64,000 nt of DNA from a virus. Shown in pieces: positions 29,349-38,895 of the stretch (the stretch's first letter is position 1; every line of letters starts with the position of its first letter). A model generated the notes under the pieces. It searched no databases. It saw only the letters and a list, made by a program, of their open reading frames with translations, and was not told the origin of the DNA. The stretch lies in the IMG/VR virus record IMGVR_UViG_3300002835_000013; one strand, 5' to 3'. Position numbers and translations under genes: made by a program.

Positions 29349-29698
29349 TTGCCCCATTTCTCCTTACCAACAGGCTTACCAAAGTCTACTTCTTTGTGAA
29401 GTCTACTTTTTTGTGCCGAGTCAAAGATAAACTCTAACTTCTTTTCTCTCGGCCATTCTCTTAGATATTCATTTTCACGGTCGAACAGTTCGATATATTC
29501 ATCTTCGGTAACAACATGGTGCGAAAAGACTTCTTCTGAAATATGATTTTGCGTGACCTCTGTTAGAGAACTATCAGGTAGATCGACATTCCATACAACA
29601 TCATCAATGGCATTTTGATTTGGTTCATCATCAGGCAGTCGCACAGCATATACATGCCGAAATGTTGAAACGGTTTCTACTAGGACAATCTTGCTCAT
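29330..29698 (-). CDS. Hypothetical protein
   Basis: GGAG RBS; co-oriented with neighbours. Confidence 0.6.
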   Translation of the reverse strand: MSKIVLVETVSTFRHVYAVRLPDDEPNQNAIDDVVWNVDLPDSSLTEVTQNHISEEVFSHHVVTEDEYIELFDRENEYLREWPREKKLEFIFDSAQKSRLHKEVDFGKPVGKEKWGKWSILF

Positions 29699-30232
29699 TT
29701 ACTTTCTCCGAATTGGTTGATGGTCGTGGGCCCGCTGCAACAAAGAGTGATAAGAACCATAAACAAAACAAGGACCCCATCCAAGGTTCTTTCGTCTTTT
29801 TATTACCATACTACGCCAATATCTTCTCGGCGGCACTCGACCAGCCGTTCTAGCCATCTTTTTCATTATTTAACTCCACATACCAGTGACGGCAATAGAA
29901 ATGGTCACCGCAGGCATCTATCTCATGCTGCGGATAACCATTCTCTAATAGCCATTTGATCGTGTCTGTAACATCCTCTGGAAGAACTTTTGGAAAACCG
30001 TAAAGCCAACCAGAAGGTGGATCAATCATCTTAACCTTTGACATTTCATTCACCCTGATTAAAGTTGAGGTTGACATTGTTATTGCGGAGATTGTTATTG
30101 ACCACATTATACTTGAAGCAAGCCTGGCTATTAGAGCTTCCGCTATTGATACAGTCTTGCATTAGAATGCCGTTATAAATAGCGGCAATAAGCGTAACGC
30201 CCATCAAAATCTTTACAAGAATGGAGAGTGTA

Positions 30233-30622
30233 TCATGGCGCATTTTTCAGACCTTTCTTGACTTCGTTTATATGAGAACACCACTTGCGATATCCGAAAG
30301 CCGTGCAATTACAAGAGAAACGTCCGAACGGACCGCTTGTAACCACATACTTTCTCTTTTCGCCATCGACCAGATATACACCGTCAGGACGATTTGATTT
30401 GTCAATCTTGATATCCGTTATATTGTTCTTATTGACGATGCGGACTGGGGCATCAATATCACCAGTCGTCAACATAAACTCGTCTTTGGATAGCCATGAC
30501 GGACGTGGCAGATAACGACCAACATATGTGTTAGAGTCTGGCTCATAACAAGCATGGGAACATTTATGCTTGTGAACATTTCTAACAGTAATCTTGATAC
30601 GTTTACCTACCAAGTCCATCAC
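30233..30622 (-). CDS. SWIM zinc-finger protein
   Basis: CNC..F..R..CSH. Confidence 0.75.
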   Translation of the reverse strand: MMDLVGKRIKITVRNVHKHKCSHACYEPDSNTYVGRYLPRPSWLSKDEFMLTTGDIDAPVRIVNKNNITDIKIDKSNRPDGVYLVDGEKRKYVVTSGPFGRFSCNCTAFGYRKWCSHINEVKKGLKNAP

Positions 30623-30633
30623 GGCACTCCGAG

Positions 30634-32090
30634 TTAAGCAGCCTTAGGCTTATTATACCACATATCTTTGTAATCTTCAAGGTTCATTGTGCCCATTCGA
30701 GTGTTATGTTCCGCACGAACCATCCGAATGTTGCTACGATCATTGGAACCACCTTCATCAAGTGGAACAATGTGTGCAGCATGAGCATCTTTGAACTTGA
30801 GCGGCTTACCATCAATATAGCATTTGTTATCCTGACTCTGTAGAATTTGCTCACGCAATTCCTTGGTAAGGGTTTTGCGTGATTGTTTCACAACAAGAAT
30901 ACCATCTTCAATAAGGGTATCACAGTCCATAAAGCGATTTTCGATCCACTTGATATTATCAAGCCAACGATTTACGCTACCCTTACCGTGATTGTCTTTG
31001 AACATGGCAAAGCGATTGCGCTTTTCTTTGCTGTTATCATAACCATTGAGTAGCTGCAACGCATAGGCATCAAAAGTGTCTTTATGAAAGCGGATCCAGG
31101 CAAGACGGAACTGATCATAGTATCTATCCATGTCAGTAATCTTGAACGAGTCATAACGAGACTGATAAGTGAACCATAACCGAATAAGCATGATGCATTC
31201 ATCTTCGGTCATTTTCGCCTTAATGTCTGCTAACTTGTTTTCTGCCATTGCAAAAAGAAAATCAAGAACCTCTGTGACTTTCTTTCGCATAATGTCAGCC
31301 TGAGCCTGTGTTATGTTAGTATCATAATACATCTTTTCAATGTCAGGATCATCCACATTGCATGGCTTGGAACCATTATACACGATAGTAGCGATGCGAG
31401 CAACCAGACGATCATAAGTCAGACGATTAGGAGTGAACGTCAACCATTCACCAATCGTATCACCCTGGGTACCTTGCTTAACATCGAAAAGATCGTGACA
31501 GAAAGTCTTGGTCTTACGATCGGTACGAGCCAACTGACGAATAAGATTGGCAACAGGAACATCGCCAACGCCATTTACCTGCTCTTGATGATTAAGAGCC
31601 GTAAAGTTATTCGAGGTAGCCCACAGCATCGCTTTCTGTGTCGGCGACAGATTACGATAGATCACGATACGAACCTTGAAATTAAGGAACATATCACGTT
31701 CTTGGTCGGTCAAATCCGAATATTGCTTGTAACCGATCATCTTAGTTTCATAAGGATTGGTACAAAACTCTCCACGAAAGAATGCTCGGATCGCACGTTT
31801 GCGATGACCACCATCGATGGACTCATACTTTTCACGATACTTTAAACGCTCTTCTGGAGTGCGCTCATTGATCTTGATTTCACCAATGTCTGTGCCTTTA
31901 AAGATAGAAGACACGATACCCTGCCGTTTCGTGGCAGTCTTCTTCTTATCAGACTCAAACTTATCGTTGGTCGTATCAATTCGCTGATGGACAGGAAGGA
32001 CATCAATGTCCGCCATTAGATCGATAAGTTCTCGAATGGTGATGATTTTCATCTCCCATTCCATAAGATTTCTATCATAAAGCGAACTCA
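30634..32090 (-). CDS. DUF262 (ParB-like) plus HNH protein, GmrSD-like
   Basis: P.HQR, SIDGGHR, F...N motifs; C-terminal HIVP...GG.N...N.....HN; start codon uncertain. Confidence 0.72.
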
Positions 32091-32148
32091 TGCGGGAGAT
32101 TTGCGAAGACGTAGACATTATATATTATCCTTTCACATTCAATTTATA

Positions 32149-32718
32149 TCAGAGAAGGTTCTTGAGGTCAAGACCTTCGACCGAGTCCCAGTCACCATCG
32201 ACATTGAAGGACGTACCGACTTCACCAGTCGTGCCGAAAGTCTCGGTCACATCATCGAACTCACGGACACGCTTTGCCAGCTTCTTATGAGCGGCACCAA
32301 CTTCCTTGAGTTTAGCAAGATTAGCTGCCTTGATTTCGGCAACAGACTTGGTGGGCTTAGTCTTAGCAACGACAGGAGCAACAACCTTTTTGGTTGCAGT
32401 CTTAGTCTTAGCAGCGGGTGCTGCCTTAGTCTTAGCCGTCTTAGCTTTGGTGCCACTGCCCTTGCTCTGGGCCGCAGCCACCAGCGCCGCAGCATTTGCG
32501 GGCTCTTTGATAAGGGTGTAGGATACGACATTGCGGCCGCTCTTAGCAACCGAGAAATCATAACCAAGGATCTTGAGATAAAGGACATGCTTGGCAGCAT
32601 AGTTGCCCTTGCCGACATGGTCGTTAATCTGCGACGGAGACACAGGCACGCCGGGCTTGGCAATCTCAAGGACCTTGAGAAGGGTAGGAGAGAGACTGGA
32701 AAGAGTATTGTTAGCCAT
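32149..32718 (-). CDS. Early protein with an Ala/Lys/Thr-rich histone-H1-like linker
   Basis: AKTAKTKAAPAAKTKT repeats; first gene after an early promoter cassette. Confidence 0.7.
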   Translation of the reverse strand: MANNTLSSLSPTLLKVLEIAKPGVPVSPSQINDHVGKGNYAAKHVLYLKILGYDFSVAKSGRNVVSYTLIKEPANAAALVAAAQSKGSGTKAKTAKTKAAPAAKTKTATKKVVAPVVAKTKPTKSVAEIKAANLAKLKEVGAAHKKLAKRVREFDDVTETFGTTGEVGTSFNVDGDWDSVEGLDLKNLL

Positions 32719-32744
32719 TTAGAACCTCACTTTTCGACTTTATG

Positions 32745-32817
32745 GACATATTATAGCACATGGAATGGAAGATGCAAGCGAAATCGTATGTCAACGACTG
32801 CGACAGGTTGTCGCACC
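32745..32817 (-). promoter_or_regulatory. Early promoter cassette 1 (palindrome plus sigma70 promoter)
   Basis: TGCGACA-N3-TGTCGCA (32799-32815), GTTGACA, ACGATTT, CTTGCA...TATAAT. Confidence 0.85.
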
Positions 32818-32849
32818 CATAGTCTATAGAATGGGTAGAGTGTATACAA

Positions 32850-33945
32850 TCAGCATCCAGGGTCATAATCGTGCCACTCTAGAATTTCGTCGGGCTGACC
32901 ATCGTCCTCGTCCGTTTCCTCGTCATCAAAACCAAAGGAATTGTAAAAATCCTTTACATCGGACTCGGACATATAGTTAAGAAGGTCCCGGATCAATTCA
33001 TCTCGATCCCAAAGACATTCATCAACCATTTCGATTATCTTATTCGTGTATTTACGGACCATTTTCATCACCTCAGTTGTAAGAAGTAAAGTCGCCAGGA
33101 GCATCCTCACCGAAAAACTTTTCAAGGACACTCTCAACAAACCACATACCAACTTCGACCGGCATACGCTCATTTACATATTCAAGGACGTCTCGGTCAG
33201 ACATTACACCGGGTTCCGACATAGCATCAATCACTAGATTTTCTGCCATAAGAACCAAATCAGACATACGTGACATATTAGTCCTCCGAATTAGAGAAGA
33301 TGGTGAGAATAGCAAGAAAGCAGATAGGACCGCCTAGCATTGATATAAAAATCTGAAAGGGAAGGATATCCCAATCGGTTTCATCTTTTAGATAGATGTC
33401 GGGATATGTGCGTTTCATTAGATACATAAAAACGCCCTGACCGATTAGACCGACGATAACCCAAGCTAGAATGAAAAGCATTTATATCTCCTTGTTCCAA
33501 CCAACTTGAAGATAACCATATAGAGCCATATCACGATTGAAAATTTTATACCTCATTTTGGCGGTACGTTCGGACAAACCATAAAACGTATGCCGCTTAC
33601 CATGCTTATCGACAAAAAAGAAAGAATACACTTTGTTGCTCCATATACGATTGATTGTTTCCGCATCGATAAACTTAACTTTCATTTTATTTCTCCTTAC
33701 GCATTCCAGCCGAGCATATCTTCCAGAGCCTTCTGGTCGATGGTGTTAGCATTAGCAGAACCGATCCACTTATTGATATGCTTGGACGTGGTGCGAGAAA
33801 ACTTGGTAGCGGTACGGAAATAACCCATGCCGCAGATATAGACTGCCACAGGCGTCTTGTAAGAAATAAGAAAGCGGTTATAACCGTGCTGGATTTCAAG
33901 CTGGTTGGAACCGATGGACTGGGCACGAATAGCGATGGATGACAT
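32850..33945 (-). CDS. Cluster of about five small early hypothetical genes (ORF-track entries ending 32850, 33073, 33278, 33482, 33697)
   Basis: Abutting minus-strand ORFs with strong RBS behind cassette 2. Confidence 0.6.
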
Positions 33946-33964
33946 GTTAGATCCTTTCTCGATT

Positions 33965-34041
33965 ATGGGAATATATTAACACATAGGAAGGAAAGAGTCA
34001 ATGGGAATCGTTTGTAAACAACTGCGACAGGATGTCGCACC
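33965..34041 (-). promoter_or_regulatory. Early promoter cassette 2
   Basis: Palindrome 34023-34039, GTTTACA, ACGATT, TTGACT...TAATAT. Confidence 0.85.
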
Positions 34042-34217
34042 TTAGGCATAGCCGTTTACATTCCTCCAGAGCGGGCTGGAGAAACCGAGCATTGGACAGC
34101 TATATACGCACCAAAACGACCAGGACCGCTCTCCAGCCGTCGCTGGCCTCAGGCGATCCTGGTCTATAAGCACCCATTGGAATATAGAATGCGCTCCGAA
34201 TGTCTACAGATCAAAGT

Positions 34218-34331
34218 CTATAGTTTTGGTAGCCTTTTGCGATTGTATACAGTTTTCTTGTCTACAATCACCTTTTGTCTACATTGAGGTTGTCGGAGTG
34301 CTTTCGCTACTGGATTCGGTTTTCGTTTCAT
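34218..34331 (-). CDS. 37-aa basic ArfA-like peptide (not in the ORF track)
   Basis: MKRKPNPVAKALRQPQCRQKVIVDKKTVYNRKRLPKL; AAGGGG RBS. Confidence 0.55.
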   Translation of the reverse strand: MKRKPNPVAKALRQPQCRQKVIVDKKTVYNRKRLPKL

Positions 34332-34356
34332 TTTACCCCTTCACATTCTATGTTTA

Positions 34357-34424
34357 CTAAATAGTAATGTCCGTCACGGTGTTGACGCACCCACGGACTC
34401 TAATACTGTATAGGAGTATCAGCA
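34357..34424 (+). promoter_or_regulatory. Late promoter plus two-hairpin leader occluding the RBS of the HNH gene
   Basis: CTAAATA; GTCCGT/ACGGAC, GGTG/CACC and ATACT/AGTAT helices. Confidence 0.75.
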
Positions 34425-35024
34425 ATGTTATTTATATCCAACAAGTATACCACTTGGTATTTCTCCCTTATAGAGAATCGCAAATCAACTATTCCAGAAG
34501 GATATGTTGAGAAGCATCATATTATCCCCAAATCTATCGGAGGAACCGATGACTCCGATAATCTTGTCGCATTGACCGCAAGAGAACATTTTTTAGCACA
34601 TTGGTTACTAACCAAAATGACTAAAGATAATGAACAAGTAAAAATGAAACATGCTTTGGGTGGAATGACTGGTAATAATCACAATGGAAGGACTCTATCA
34701 TCTTATCAATATGCGATTTGTAGGCAATCATTTAGTGAAGCACGAAAAGGCGTTATTTCACCCCATATGCTAAGATCGGGTGAAGATCATCATATGTTCG
34801 GAAAGAAAAGACCAAGACAATCACTCCTTATGAGCGGTGAAAATAATCCAAACTATGGCAAGTTTGGTGAAAATCACCACTGTTATGGTAAGAAACATAA
34901 AGACGATAGGACAGAGAGAATGACTAAAACTTTACAGTCATTAGGCAAACTACCCTGTCCTAACTGTGGCGAAATGATTTCACCGTTGAACAGTCAACAC
35001 AAAAGACGTTGTATCAACCTTTGA
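34425..35024 (+). CDS. Free-standing HNH homing endonuclease with NUMOD3-like repeats
   Basis: EKHHIIPKS.GG.D...NLV.LTAREHF.AH.LL; SGENNPNYGK. Confidence 0.9.
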   Translation: MLFISNKYTTWYFSLIENRKSTIPEGYVEKHHIIPKSIGGTDDSDNLVALTAREHFLAHWLLTKMTKDNEQVKMKHALGGMTGNNHNGRTLSSYQYAICRQSFSEARKGVISPHMLRSGEDHHMFGKKRPRQSLLMSGENNPNYGKFGENHHCYGKKHKDDRTERMTKTLQSLGKLPCPNCGEMISPLNSQHKRRCINL

Positions 35025-36240
35025 TGTTGACCACCTGACGGAGACGGTGGACAATCTCAACAAGGTCATCCTGGGCAGCCATGACCGCACCGATATCCTT
35101 GTAAGCAGCCGGCGACTCGTCGATAACATCGGCATCCTTACGGCACTCGATACCCTCGGTCGCCTTGATATGATCCTCTAGCGTGATAGCCTTACGTGCC
35201 GCATTGCGAGACATACGACGACCAGCGCCGTGAGAACATGAACAAAACGACTCATGATTACCAAGACCACGAACGATAAACGAACCCGTTCCCATCGAAC
35301 CCGGTATGATACCGAGGTCGTTCTTACGAGCCCGAACAGCACCCTTGCGGGTCACATACACATTTTCTCCAAAGTGGTTCTCCTTGGAGATATAGTTGTG
35401 ATGGCAGTTCACAGCCTTTTCGTCAGATACAACGAATGCCGGCAAACGCCCACGAAGAACCTTTAGCACAGCGTCCATCATAACCTGACGGTTGAGGGCA
35501 GCAAACTCCTGTGCCCACGATACAGCCTCCACATAATCATCGAATAGCGTCGTGTTTTCTACCAGATAGGACAAGTCCTGATCCGGCAGATACGGCAAGA
35601 TATGATAGCGTTCCATCTCACGCTTTGCAGCTTCGATGAAATACTGACCTATCTTGTTACCAACACCACGAGAACCAGAGTGTAGCATTACCCACACATA
35701 GTCGGCCTCGTCCAGACACAATTCGATAAAGTGATTACCCGTGCCAAGCGTTCCCATAAACTCGAAGGTCTTATGAGAAGCAATCTTCGGATGCTTTGCT
35801 AAGATAGCGTCATAACGAGACTTCAACACCGCCCAAGCATCTATGGCAGAACGGGACGCAAAGTTCGAGTTCCACGTTCCTTCGTCGTTCTTACCACCGT
35901 TGTCCGTGCGACCATGCGGCACTGCGGCCTCGATAGCAGAACGAAGCGGAGCAAGATTATCCGGTAAATCGTTCGCCGTCAGTGACAAGCGAACAGCCAT
36001 CATACCGCAACCGATATCAACACCAACCGCAGCCGGAACCACAGCACCCTTCGTTGCTATAACAGAACCAACCGTAGCACCCTTGCCAAGATGAACGTCC
36101 GGCATAACCGCTACATGCTTATACACGAACGGCAAGGACGCTATATTTTCCAACTGCGTGCGAGCGTCGGCTTCGACCTCAACACCTTCGCACCACATCT
36201 TGAGCGGCGCACCACGACCTTGGACGAACTGATAAGCCAT
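35014..36240 (-). CDS. rtcB: RtcB RNA ligase
   Basis: MPDVH.GKGA.VG, VGVDIGCG, GTLG.GNHFIE, HSGSRG, HHNY, PGSMG, SHGAGR. Confidence 0.97.
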   Translation of the reverse strand: MAYQFVQGRGAPLKMWCEGVEVEADARTQLENIASLPFVYKHVAVMPDVHLGKGATVGSVIATKGAVVPAAVGVDIGCGMMAVRLSLTANDLPDNLAPLRSAIEAAVPHGRTDNGGKNDEGTWNSNFASRSAIDAWAVLKSRYDAILAKHPKIASHKTFEFMGTLGTGNHFIELCLDEADYVWVMLHSGSRGVGNKIGQYFIEAAKREMERYHILPYLPDQDLSYLVENTTLFDDYVEAVSWAQEFAALNRQVMMDAVLKVLRGRLPAFVVSDEKAVNCHHNYISKENHFGENVYVTRKGAVRARKNDLGIIPGSMGTGSFIVRGLGNHESFCSCSHGAGRRMSRNAARKAITLEDHIKATEGIECRKDADVIDESPAAYKDIGAVMAAQDDLVEIVHRLRQVVNIKG

Positions 36241-36562
36241 TTTATTTCTCCTAACGAGCCTCTACATAAAAATCGGGCTTGATATACTTATTGAGATAAT
36301 ACTTTTTATATCGTTCAACAGCAACCCGTGAAATGCCACGGAATGTTATGGTCGTGCTATCAACAAAATAGACCGACAGATTGTAGGTTTTCACATTAGC
36401 CATTTTATTTCTCCACACAGACATACTGGATCATAGCCTGATGATACTTATCAGGATATATACGAATAAGGGCTTCACCCGCCGCTTTACATTTGTCTAG
36501 CGAACTAAACTCCGCAGTAATTCCTGCCTTATAATATAAAAGAGCGATTAGAACGTAGGTCA

Positions 36563-36892
36563 TTATTCTTTCACTCCTTCAGGAAGCATCCAAATGTTTA
36601 CACCGTGAACCATAAAGTCCTTGGCATCTTTAAGTCCATACCCAGTAGCATGACGCACAGCCTTAATGGCATTGATGAACATGCGATATTCTTTTGAAGC
36701 ATGAGTACGAATCTTTAGATCATACTTAATACCACGCAGAAGTCCCATAAGGACAGCGTTCTGTAAGTCCTCGCCCATTCCTTCTTTCAGTGAACGCCAC
36801 ATCTTCATGCCCTGCTCGTCTCCGTAATACTTTGTGATATCACGGAGAAGGTTGCGAGCACTAACAATAAGACTTGTAGGAAGCTCAGCCAT
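36563..36892 (-). CDS. Protein with a ribosomal bL12 C-terminal-domain-like segment and a W-x-x-P tail
   Basis: INAIKAVRHATGYGLKDAKDF resembles bL12 CTD. Confidence 0.6.
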   Translation of the reverse strand: MAELPTSLIVSARNLLRDITKYYGDEQGMKMWRSLKEGMGEDLQNAVLMGLLRGIKYDLKIRTHASKEYRMFINAIKAVRHATGYGLKDAKDFMVHGVNIWMLPEGVKE

Positions 36893-37071
36893 AATATTGA
36901 ACCTTTTCTTCTAGCCACTTTTTATAATCGTCGTGACTGAGATAATATTCAAGCACTACTTCAATAGCATCTCTCAAGTCATCCTCCTCTGGCATGGGAT
37001 TTACAGCCATTGAACGATAATCATGTTTTAGATTTTCTACAACCAAATAGTCCACTTGGTCTTGATCTAAA

Positions 37072-37503
37072 TCAACTGTCATTATCCTCTTCATGTTCCT
37101 CATCCTCATATAGTTCGTTTATAGTCTTCTCGTATTCAGTAGGTAGGCGTTCGCATGTTACGCTCTCACTGTAGTAGCCGTTTGAAGTTCCCAACCAACG
37201 AACAGTTACAGATCCCTTAATGGTACGAAAGTTATAGAAAGTCCAAGTGGCACTTTCATAATCCGCACCACCGTCCTGCGAGTCCTCACGAGCCTCAAGA
37301 ATTGGCACTCCTACAAGGTCGTTAAGATCACCTACAATGTCCTCAATGCGAACACTCTCGCAACAATCCTGCTCGTGATAGAACTTAAAGGAAGGAGTAT
37401 CGCCTGCTCCAACGAACAAGAGAACATCGTTGTCCTTTTCACCCTCGACATGGTGAAAGGTTAATCCTTCCATTTGGCTTAGATTATCAGCAAAATACTT
37501 CAT
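37072..37503 (-). CDS. Phage hypothetical protein
   Basis: H.QDCCESV.IEDI.GD, TWTFY...T.KG.V..RW.G.SNGYYSE. Confidence 0.75.
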   Translation of the reverse strand: MKYFADNLSQMEGLTFHHVEGEKDNDVLLFVGAGDTPSFKFYHEQDCCESVRIEDIVGDLNDLVGVPILEAREDSQDGGADYESATWTFYNFRTIKGSVTVRWLGTSNGYYSESVTCERLPTEYEKTINELYEDEEHEEDNDS

Positions 37504-37748
37504 TCTACAACCTCAACTCTATCTTCTGCCTTCATATACCAATCGGGAGCAGTATCGCTAACATTAGTCATTATCTATCTCCTTCTCATGCCAATCGACG
37601 AGGATGCTTTCCTTGCAATGCATGTCTCTTTGCCATTGTATGGCATGGTTAAAATCCCAAAGCACACCATTGGTCGCCTCAAGAGAACTATCCGCGGTAA
37701 CTACATAAACGTATCTGCGTTCTTCCACTAGTGTCACTTCATACGTCG

Positions 37749-37898
37749 TCATTCAGGCACCATCCAAATGTTTACACCGTGAACCATAAAGGTCTTAGTG
37801 TAGATTACGACACCGACATTACCATAAAGTTCGGCAACAGTCGGCAGAAGTTCGGTGACAGGAACATAAACAGTTTTGTCCAGATTTGCTTCTGCCAT
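37749..37898 (-). CDS. W-x-x-P family microprotein, 49 aa
   Basis: MAEANLDK...FMVHGVNIWMVPE; AGGTGA RBS; stop overlaps the next ATG. Confidence 0.6.
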   Translation of the reverse strand: MAEANLDKTVYVPVTELLPTVAELYGNVGVVIYTKTFMVHGVNIWMVPE

Positions 37899-38129
37899 TT
37901 CTCACCTATTGATTTGCCGAGTCGTCAAAAGCATTGACGTTCGGAACTGTATATTCATTGCCAGTCGCAAAGATGACCGTGTCGCCTTCAACAACTTCCG
38001 CAACCGCACGAAGGTCCCAAAAGCGATGCCAGAAGTCCGGCTTGCCAAAGACCTTGAGGGCGTTATATACACGCTCGTCCTTGAAACCGACAAAGTGGAC
38101 AGCCATCGTTTCCTCATTTCTCATTCTAT

Positions 38130-38204
38130 GGACATATTATAGCACAAGGAATGGAAGATGCAAGCGAAATCGTATGTAAACGGGTGCGACATTCTGTCGC
38201 ACCC
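38130..38204 (-). promoter_or_regulatory. Early promoter cassette 3
   Basis: Palindrome 38185-38201 extended by GGG/CCC; promoter nearly identical to cassette 1. Confidence 0.85.
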
Positions 38205-38209
38205 TTAGT

Positions 38210-38335
38210 CTATTGATTTTGTAGCAAGATTGTATTAGGCACATACCAAATGCTGGATGCGGTATATGGGCAGGTACTATAATCATAACTCACCCGAATT
38301 CCAGCACCATAGAGACTGACATAAAACCGAGCCAT
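38210..38335 (-). CDS. W-x-x-P family microprotein, 41 aa
   Basis: MARFYVSLYG...SSIWYVPNTILLQNQ; GGAG RBS. Confidence 0.6.
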   Translation of the reverse strand: MARFYVSLYGAGIRVSYDYSTCPYTASSIWYVPNTILLQNQ

Positions 38336-38440
38336 TAGTTTACTCCATCAAGAGCCATGATAAGAACGATACCGAAGATTAGACCGACAGTAACAACACC
38401 AAGGGCCATAATCTGAACCATTTTACTTTCGTCTAACATT

Positions 38441-38557
38441 TTAGTCCTCCAGAGTGCCAGGAACAACCCATATTGAACATGAAGTAAACATATTACCACC
38501 AAAGCTAGCATATGCTACACAATGACCATATGAAGGAATATACCTATGAATAACCAT
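38441..38557 (-). CDS. W-x-x-P family microprotein, 38 aa
   Basis: MVIHRYIPSYGH...SIWVVPGTLED; GGAGG RBS. Confidence 0.7.
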   Translation of the reverse strand: MVIHRYIPSYGHCVAYASFGGNMFTSCSIWVVPGTLED

Positions 38558-38558
38558 A

Positions 38559-38684
38559 TCATGCCTCCAAAGTTCCGGGAACAACCCAATAAGATTGATG
38601 ATCACTATTAGCAGCATATGCCACAACATGACCAAACACACCGAGATTGGCGTATATCATCAGATGATTAACATATACTATCAT
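38559..38684 (-). CDS. W-x-x-P family microprotein, 41 aa
   Basis: MIVYVNHL...SYWVVPGTLEA; GGAGG RBS. Confidence 0.7.
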   Translation of the reverse strand: MIVYVNHLMIYANLGVFGHVVAYAANSDHQSYWVVPGTLEA

Positions 38685-38685
38685 A

Positions 38686-38814
38686 TCAATCCTCCAGAGT
38701 GCCGGGAACAATCCAATAAGAGATATCAGCATCGGGATAGATTTCATCCTGAAGCCAGGTGATAGCAGAATAACCACGGTGACCATCGTGATAGATAGAA
38801 TAGAAAACTGTCAT
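38686..38814 (-). CDS. W-x-x-P family microprotein, 42 aa
   Basis: MTVFYSIYHDGH...SYWIVPGTLED; GGAGGT RBS. Confidence 0.7.
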   Translation of the reverse strand: MTVFYSIYHDGHRGYSAITWLQDEIYPDADISYWIVPGTLED

Positions 38815-38895
38815 TTCAGACCTCCGTCAGAATAGCGACAAGCGCAAGAGATATAGGCGCACCGAATAGAACGAAAAAGAGAATAACGTCGGACA

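Noticed and set aside
32101-32829. 242-aa plus-strand ORF and other antisense ORFs (e.g. 21345-21659, 46978-47289, 61502-61786)
   Set aside because: Shadows of well-supported opposite-strand genes or RNAs; no RBS or recognisable motifs
34425-35024. IscB/HEARO-type RNA-guided nuclease
   Set aside because: No RuvC or PLMP motifs; the protein is a short HNH-NUMOD3 type and the leader RNA is only about 55 nt
38441-38814. Diversity-generating retroelement behind the WVVPGTLE repeats
   Set aside because: No reverse transcriptase in the window; differences are mostly synonymous and not adenine-specific
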